From Candidatus Woesebacteria bacterium (GTDB taxonomy: Bacteria > Patescibacteriota > Microgenomatia > UBA1400 > UBA1396): 64,000 nt of DNA. The notes beneath the pieces were generated by a model. That model did not search any database and was not told where the DNA came from. It saw only the letters and a list, made by a program, of their open reading frames with translations. The stretch is from positions 343-64,342 of the forward strand of contig JAJOJK010000015.1 of NCBI GenBank assembly GCA_021208605.1, in the 5' to 3' direction. The first letter of the stretch is position 1; every line of letters starts with the position of its first letter. Below, in pieces: positions 58,036 through 64,000 of the stretch. The translations under genes were made by a program, and so were the position numbers.

Positions 58036-58191
58036 AAAGCCTACTTTACTGAATCAGTAACTGACCACATTACTTTGAAGTATTTTGGCAAGCATGCCGC
58101 GTTTTTTTGAAGCAATTGGTCGAGCCGCACAGGGCTAGATGTGTAATCCTGTATCCCATTTGAAGAAAGTGCTACTATATCTGGTATCGCT

Positions 58192-59905
58192 ATGAAAAAA
58201 ATGCGCGCTACTTTTGATAGACACTGCTTTGTCATCGTCTCGACTATTGCCATTCTTACTATTGAAATCATTCTGGCCACAATTCTCATCCGTGGAAGCG
58301 TATACCGTCTGCAGACCATGGCCCAAGAAAGACTGGAAGCCGATGCTGACCGCTTTTTCACACGAACAGGTGAGCAGTTTAATGCCGGAAGGAACACTTT
58401 GCGTGCCTTGCATGGACTCTATGCAGGCAGCAGGTTTGTGGGTCGCGCAGAGTTCAGCAATTTTTTGGAAATTTCTCAGTTTTTTGAGTCATACCCAGGT
58501 TTTACTGCTGTTGCCTATGTGCCACAAGTCACAGCTGATAAACTCACTGAGTTTGAGGAGTCCGTTCGTACTGATACGAGTTTGCGCTCTGAAGGCTACC
58601 CGAACTTCCAGGTAACTCCTGCGGGAAAAAGAGAAGTATACTGGCCCGTAACCTACATTGCTCCTGAAGCAGAAAATGAATCACTACTCGGCGTTGACCA
58701 GGCTTCAGAGGAGTTTCGTGCCAAAAACATCGCCCAAGCCAGAGATACTGGAGATATTGCTGTTTCCAATATTCTCCAACTCCAGCAAGGGGGCACAGGC
58801 ATCATTGTGGTAGAACCACTCTATGCTAGCCCAAATATTCCATCCACGGTTGAGGAAAGAAGAGAAAAATTTCTGGGAACAGTAGCAACTTCTATTCAAT
58901 CGAATCAGTTCTTCCAGCCAATATTTGAACAAACTAATATTCATACTCACAACATAGATATCTTTGCCCTGACAAACTCAGATGTACGCGTGGATATTCT
59001 CAGAAAAAGTGACACTCTCACAGTCTTTGATGTTTTGTACGGAACTGTAACCACCGAACGAATTGGCCGCCCCACCGACGGCGTACTCTACAACTTTTTG
59101 TTTTCCGCACCAGCCAGCACCTTTTTGAGCCAAGACGAGAAACTGGAACCCTTTATTCTCTTCGGGTTCTTCACATTTGCAGGAATCGGAACCGTTGCAG
59201 CTATACTTATCTCGCAGCGCATGAAATTTTTGGCTGATTACCGCGAACGCTACACTTTCATTCGCACACTTTCTCATCAGCTGCGCACACCGCTGACAAA
59301 ACTGAACTGGAGCCTTGAACTGCAAGATGCTCAAAAAGGCTCTGATATTTCCAACGATGCTCGAGGAAGCATCCACACTCTCAATTCTCTTGTGCAACAC
59401 ATGATAGCTTATCTAGACACACAAACCGAAAAAAACAACCGTATAAACAGAAAAAACATCTCAATAGCAAAGCTTTACCAGGCTGCACTTGCACGTATTC
59501 CATCGAATATCAACACTGAGCGAGTTACTCTTGCATCTCCATTACCGAAAAAAACGATTCACGTGCCAGCAGATAAGCTAGCCCTTTCACTCAGTGACAT
59601 TATTGAAAATGCTTTGCTGTACTCAGATGAATCAGCACCGGTAGTGATAGATTTTGCTGTCAAAAAAAATGCTCTAGTAGTCACGATATCCGACTCGGGT
59701 ATTGGGATCCCTTCAAAGGAACACTACCGCGTATTTGATGAGTTCTTCCGCGGATCAAATGCGTCACTCAAAAAAAAATGCTGGTAGCGGGGTCAGTCTC
59801 TACTTAGCCAAAAAAGTAATTAACAGCATTGGTGGGTCGATCCAATTTGAGAGTCAGGAAAATCACGGCACAACATTCACCTTGGAAATTCCTCTCAACA
59901 CATGA
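58192..59905 (+). pseudogene. CHASE-domain sensor histidine kinase interrupted by +1 frameshift in an A9 tract (59770-59778)
   Basis: CHASE 'YWPVTYIAPEAENESLLGVDQAS', H-box 'LSHQLRTPLT'. After the A9 run the HATPase G2 box 'NAGSGVSLYLAKKV...GTTFTLEIP' continues in the +1 frame; removing one A restores a single ORF. Confidence 0.7.
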
Positions 59906-59954
59906 AAAACGGCCGAAGTAATTCGGCCGTTCCCTTGTTTGTTTCGTTCAGAAC

Positions 59955-60374
59955 TTATCGCGAAACTTGTACCGTTTCACTGTTCTCTGCATTGGGAGCA
60001 GAGACAGTCACGATATTGTTTGCATCGACAGCGACTTCATAGCCAGTATTGGTTCCGTTTCCTTCAGAAGGATCCAGTGGCATAGAAGCGAGGAAGGCAG
60101 AAAGAGTAGCTGCAAGATCAACACAGGAACCACAGCTTCCGATTTCTGTAGTAGACATGGAAGTGGTCAAACCAACAGGCAAGTCACCATCATTATCCAC
60201 AATGTGCTGATGCACGGCAGTCAAAATACTATTCACGTCATTCCAACGACGAGCATTGCGAGCGTCTGCAAAACGCGTGACTGGGTCAAGTGCCACAAAC
60301 ACAACGGTTGCTAGGATAGAGATAATGGCGATAACGACCAGTACCTCAATGAGTGTAAAACCTTTTCGATTCAT
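59955..60374 (-). CDS. type IV pilin
   Basis: Prepilin leader/N-term 'MNRKGFTLIEVLVVIAIISILATVV'. Confidence 0.7.
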   Translation of the reverse strand: MNRKGFTLIEVLVVIAIISILATVVFVALDPVTRFADARNARRWNDVNSILTAVHQHIVDNDGDLPVGLTTSMSTTEIGSCGSCVDLAATLSAFLASMPLDPSEGNGTNTGYEVAVDANNIVTVSAPNAENSETVQVSR

Positions 60375-60418
60375 TTGGTGTAATTGTTGCTTGAAGCGCA
60401 ACATGTTTCCCTTTCTTT

Positions 60419-61465
60419 TTATAACGCGTCTTGCCCTACAATAACTATCAGATCATATTCAGCATCAATGGGCAAGACAGAAATTTCCCGTAAATCATCT
60501 AAACCAATGGTTTCTTCTACCCAAGAGAGCATCGCTTCCATCTCTGGACGCGGCTTGAGTTGCACGGCTGTTACTTCATAGGTAAAACTCTCTGCATTGG
60601 CGGTATCGACAAGCCGTACACGCTCCTCTTGAAACTCCAACGCAACTTCTTCCGCTCTGCCAGTAACACCAGTGCCATTTTGAATGAGTACACGATACTC
60701 CTGTGGTGCCACAGTCGGCTGTGGTGTGGGGAGCGGTGGAGTGGGTTCTGGAGTTGGTGAGGGAAGAACAGGCTGCTCCAACTCGGTTGTATTTTGTATC
60801 CAGAAAGATACCTCTGGCATTTTCCCCGTTTGCCAAACATACACTCCAACAGCAATCCCTGCGACAAAGCTTACAACGAGCAGAGCCACCATAACTCGTG
60901 CAATCAAAATGGGCCAACGAATACCCTTTCGCCCATACGTGATACAGGTCTCGTCTCTCAGAGCACTTTCCACAATCGGATCCACATCAAGTAATTCAGC
61001 TTCGTGCTCTGACAAAAAAGAGCCTAAAACTTTGCCAGAAATCTTTGCCTGCTGTAAGAGTGTTTCGTAAACATATATGACTGGAACATACGCATGACCA
61101 GTAACTAACTTTTTATGTGTTCTTACGCCATACAAAAAAACATCTTTGTCAGAAAATTCTTCTGGAATGCGCGTGCGTAATTCTTCATAGACCGTTTCAT
61201 TCAGATCTTGATTGCCTTCGGTTATGTTCACGCTAAATTCAGATCGGTAGACTACTGAGTCATCGAGCACCACACTCACTCGTTTCGCAGAAGTAATCTG
61301 AAGCAACCCTTCTAAAACTTCTGCCAACGAATCATCATCCCATGCAGCCGTAAAATGTGTGTCTATTCTGACGCGTCCAGATCGACCATGCACCGAGTAG
61401 AGTGACACTGTCGAACGAGCTACGTACAACACATACGCTACTTGTTGTGACATTAAGCGAATCAT
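60419..61465 (-). CDS. pilus-assembly-like protein with TM and C-terminal LytR_C domain
   Basis: N-terminal actin-like/PilM-like region (weak), TM helix, Pro-rich linker, 'YRVLIQNGTGVTGRAEEVALEF...YEVTAVQLKP' LytR_C. Confidence 0.4.
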   Translation of the reverse strand: MIRLMSQQVAYVLYVARSTVSLYSVHGRSGRVRIDTHFTAAWDDDSLAEVLEGLLQITSAKRVSVVLDDSVVYRSEFSVNITEGNQDLNETVYEELRTRIPEEFSDKDVFLYGVRTHKKLVTGHAYVPVIYVYETLLQQAKISGKVLGSFLSEHEAELLDVDPIVESALRDETCITYGRKGIRWPILIARVMVALLVVSFVAGIAVGVYVWQTGKMPEVSFWIQNTTELEQPVLPSPTPEPTPPLPTPQPTVAPQEYRVLIQNGTGVTGRAEEVALEFQEERVRLVDTANAESFTYEVTAVQLKPRPEMEAMLSWVEETIGLDDLREISVLPIDAEYDLIVIVGQDAL

Positions 61466-61845
61466 GTTTCCTTTTGTTCTGCAAAGTACTGTTCAACCCG
61501 ACTCACCACTGAATCTAAGCTGACATCACTTTTAATGATAATATCTTCTACAGTAGCAGATTTCTGGTCCGTTGGGAAATTAGTGAGAATGATAACCGGG
61601 ATACGTTCCCTCTCTTCTTGAGACATACGATTTAAAAAGTCACACCCATCACTCCGGGGCATAAGTAGGTCGAGCAGCACCATATCTACCGTTTGGGAAT
61701 CAAGCACTTGCCGACCTTCAATTCCGTCATGTGCACTTAATACGGTGTAATCTGCTTGTTCTAATTTGTACTTCACTGCTTGGAGCAACGACGGTTCATC
61801 TTCCAAAATCAAGACAGTCTTTTGGGGACTCATTCTTCCATCCAT
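61462..61845 (-). CDS. single-domain response regulator receiver
   Basis: 'VLILEDEPSLLQAV...VDMVLLDLLMPRSDG'. Confidence 0.65.
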   Translation of the reverse strand: MDGRMSPQKTVLILEDEPSLLQAVKYKLEQADYTVLSAHDGIEGRQVLDSQTVDMVLLDLLMPRSDGCDFLNRMSQEERERIPVIILTNFPTDQKSATVEDIIIKSDVSLDSVVSRVEQYFAEQKET

Positions 61846-62294
61846 TCTGTGACCGAAACAACACTGCCTCGATCTGCTTCTACACTATGTACTGCAACAT
61901 TCCCTTCAAAATTTGATTCTACCGTAAATTCCCACGCGTCACCAACCTGTGCATCGAGCGTCAAGTCACACGTGCCTTCTGGGGTGGTGAGCGAAGTCGG
62001 AAGCGACTCAGTTTCATTAATGACGAGTAACGCTTCCTCCACGCAGCTATCAGCTAAAAATCGCGTTTGTGCACCTTGTCGATAACTGAAACTGCCTTGT
62101 AGGCCATTGATCGAAAGCAGAGTAACGGAAGTCCCGAGCACTACAATCACCACTCCGATAACCAGCACCGAGGCAACCGCAGCAAACCCCGAACGCGCCG
62201 GATTCACTGGCACTCTAATTGGCTGATCGTAACTCAACGCTTCCCGCATATGACTCCGTTCTTTGCCATTCTGCTCGCCCGCCATCGTACTCAA
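61830..62294 (-). CDS. minor pilin/pseudopilin-like membrane protein
   Basis: N-terminal hydrophobic helix then beta-rich domain. Confidence 0.35.
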   Translation of the reverse strand: MSTMAGEQNGKERSHMREALSYDQPIRVPVNPARSGFAAVASVLVIGVVIVVLGTSVTLLSINGLQGSFSYRQGAQTRFLADSCVEEALLVINETESLPTSLTTPEGTCDLTLDAQVGDAWEFTVESNFEGNVAVHSVEADRGSVVSVTEWMEE

Positions 62295-62763
62295 CCGTCA
62301 CGCTGAAAAAAACGTGCTCCGAATTTGCTTGCGAGAAATCACTAAAATCGAAACTGGATACCGCCACACTTGAATCACTGAACTGTTCATCAAAACTCAA
62401 ACTAGAACAGTCACTTCCACCGCCACCCCACGCAATTCTGGCAGTATTGTTCGTTCTATAGATCCGTACCGGAGATCGATTGGGCACACTCGAAATCAAA
62501 CAAATATCATTCGCACTCGCAGAAACAATACTCTGAGCATTCCGTACCTCGTACTGTACACGCTGGGCAATATTTTGAATATTGGCAGCCACCGTAAGCT
62601 GCACATCTGATTGCTGCTGCGCTAAAACCAAATTCAGCCCTAGCAAAGTAATACTGCTCATAATGAGACTCGTGAGTGCAATATAGATCAGTAGCTCAAT
62701 CAACGTAAAGCCACCCTGGGAAGTGTTATTTTTAGATGATTTGAGAGTGTTCAATACATGCAT
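62215..62763 (-). CDS. type IV pilin-like (pseudopilin)
   Basis: 'QGGFTLIELLIYIALTSLIM'. Confidence 0.55.
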   Translation of the reverse strand: MHVLNTLKSSKNNTSQGGFTLIELLIYIALTSLIMSSITLLGLNLVLAQQQSDVQLTVAANIQNIAQRVQYEVRNAQSIVSASANDICLISSVPNRSPVRIYRTNNTARIAWGGGGSDCSSLSFDEQFSDSSVAVSSFDFSDFSQANSEHVFFSVTVEYDGGRAEWQRTESYAGSVELRSAN

Positions 62764-62771
62764 AGCTACTT

Positions 62772-64000
62772 TTAGTTTGGTGTAATTACCGATATCTCCG
62801 CTGAGTTGTTTGCTCCGCCAACAAATATGGCATCTTTCTCACTGGAGTAAAAAAGTCGAAAAGGTGTGTTGGGAACATCAATGCTTGCTAAAGCGGGGAG
62901 AGCAGGCAGCGCTGAAAAATCACTGGCATCGATGACTAAGAAATCTTCGGCATTGTCATCAGTCACTAGGTAAATGTAGCCATGCGCATACGAAATATCA
63001 TCAACATTCGTGCCAATTTCCACAGTAGATAGCAAACTTGGTGCTGTGGGACTACTGATATCGTAAGCATAGAGTTCTGGCGCGGTGGAACTTTGCCTCC
63101 CGACTAACAAAACATCATTGCCGGCATAGAAAACAGCGGTTGCATTGGCATTATTATTGCCACTATTCATGTCGACTACCGCAGCTCGCGAATAGTCACC
63201 CGTGCTCATAATTTGTATCTCAGCATTGTTTTGGGCGCTGGTGACATAGGCGTAATCACCCACTATTTCCATCCCGGTGGCAGATCCCTGAAACTGATTG
63301 CCCGATCCTGCAATACTCGGACTCAACGGAGTAGAGATGTCAAACTCTAGAAACTCATCACCACCGGCGCGAATACCAAATAGTGAACCATTGGACACCT
63401 CAACAGCTTCCAGATTTCCGTTTGCGCTCCCAGAGTTAGCGTTCGTCAAGTTGAGAGAACCAAATCCAGCTGAGCTCAAGTTAGAGGGATCAGAAATATC
63501 AATTACTTGAAGCTCTTGAGCATCGTTGTCTGTGGCCATGTAGGCATAGTCGCCCCATATCTCAATATCATTCACCGTATCAAGCAACTGGCGCTGACAA
63601 TTGGCACACAGCGAAGGTGAATTGAGTGCAGTGAAATCAATTGCTACCAATTCGGTACCGTTGGAGTTGGTGCGACCCGCAAACAAATAGTTATTCCAGT
63701 AATTCAATGCATTTACGTTTGCTGTGGCGTTGCCACTGTTTGCAGCACTCAAATCAAAATCAATCAATAGGGAGATATCTGACCAGTCACCTATGACCGC
63801 TTTCATAAAGTTCGCGAGGTAACTCACGAGCGTCACTTGCAAGGACCGCTGCGGGGTAAACTGCCAGCTCACTTCAGATTCTACCCGTACGACATCGGCG
63901 TCTTCTACACCTCCGCTAGTCACGAACTCTGTACTCCCATTTCGCTGCGCCGGCAAAACACGAATAACCCGTGTAAAACCATCCTGCGTCGTATTCGAAC
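62772..64000 (-). CDS. large secreted LVIVD-repeat beta-propeller protein (partial, N-terminus beyond window)
   Basis: Repeats 'GDYAYVTSAQNNAEIQIMS', 'GDYAYMATDNDAQELQVIDISDPSN', 'HGYIYLVTDDNAEDFLVIDASDFS'. Confidence 0.4.
   Translation of the reverse strand, partial: SNTTQDGFTRVIRVLPAQRNGSTEFVTSGGVEDADVVRVESEVSWQFTPQRSLQVTLVSYLANFMKAVIGDWSDISLLIDFDLSAANSGNATANVNALNYWNNYLFAGRTNSNGTELVAIDFTALNSPSLCANCQRQLLDTVNDIEIWGDYAYMATDNDAQELQVIDISDPSNLSSAGFGSLNLTNANSGSANGNLEAVEVSNGSLFGIRAGGDEFLEFDISTPLSPSIAGSGNQFQGSATGMEIVGDYAYVTSAQNNAEIQIMSTGDYSRAAVVDMNSGNNNANATAVFYAGNDVLLVGRQSSTAPELYAYDISSPTAPSLLSTVEIGTNVDDISYAHGYIYLVTDDNAEDFLVIDASDFSALPALPALASIDVPNTPFRLFYSSEKDAIFVGGANNSAEISVITPN

Noticed and set aside
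1-64000. Scanned for CRISPR arrays, rRNA genes and additional tRNAs
   Set aside because: No regularly spaced short direct repeats with unique spacers, no rRNA-like conserved blocks, and only two T-arm (GGTTCGAATCC-type) signatures, both accounted for.

Overview
This is a bacterial chromosome segment in the standard genetic code: TGA, TAA and TAG all terminate intact long genes. It has two compositional regimes, about 50% GC housekeeping DNA and an AT-rich accessory block of about 20 kb at roughly 29.3-49.5 kb.

Housekeeping and backbone genes include xseA/xseB, a frameshifted recQ, murI, dnaG, rpoD, ribA, kinases, NUDIX/VOC/DUF1801 small enzymes, an OmpR-type two-component system, a 3-methyladenine glycosylase, a carotenoid-type cluster (UbiA prenyltransferase, GT2, CrtI-family desaturase, TspO), a bacterial type IB topoisomerase and a type IV pilus/pseudopilin locus.

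The accessory block begins at a tRNA gene (most likely tRNA-Asn GUU) interrupted by a 280-nt group I intron. The 3' exon of that tRNA is overlapped by the C-terminus of a large serine recombinase. The block carries a PrimPol-SF3 helicase, a SpoVG-like protein, an XRE repressor divergent from an Ltp-family superinfection-exclusion lipoprotein, and a translationally coupled SMODS nucleotidyltransferase plus SLATT 2TM effector pair (minimal CBASS-like defence). Further right in the same AT-rich block are an OmpR/HK two-component system with a MacAB-like ABC exporter bracketed by an identical 19-nt direct-repeat box, a tandem-NUDIX protein, and a wHTH-HATPase-STAS (DUF4325-like) protein preceded by an array of GTTTACATT repeats.

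Other notable signals:
- Two pairs of perfect inverted repeats (GGAGACACCCCTAGGCCTATAAC): one forms a 119-bp MITE-like element, the other brackets the whole glycosylase gene.
- Homopolymer frameshifts in recQ (T-run) and a CHASE histidine kinase (A9).
- In-frame stop codons in two otherwise conserved small genes, a zinc-ribbon gene (TGA) and a PNPOx-like gene (TAA).
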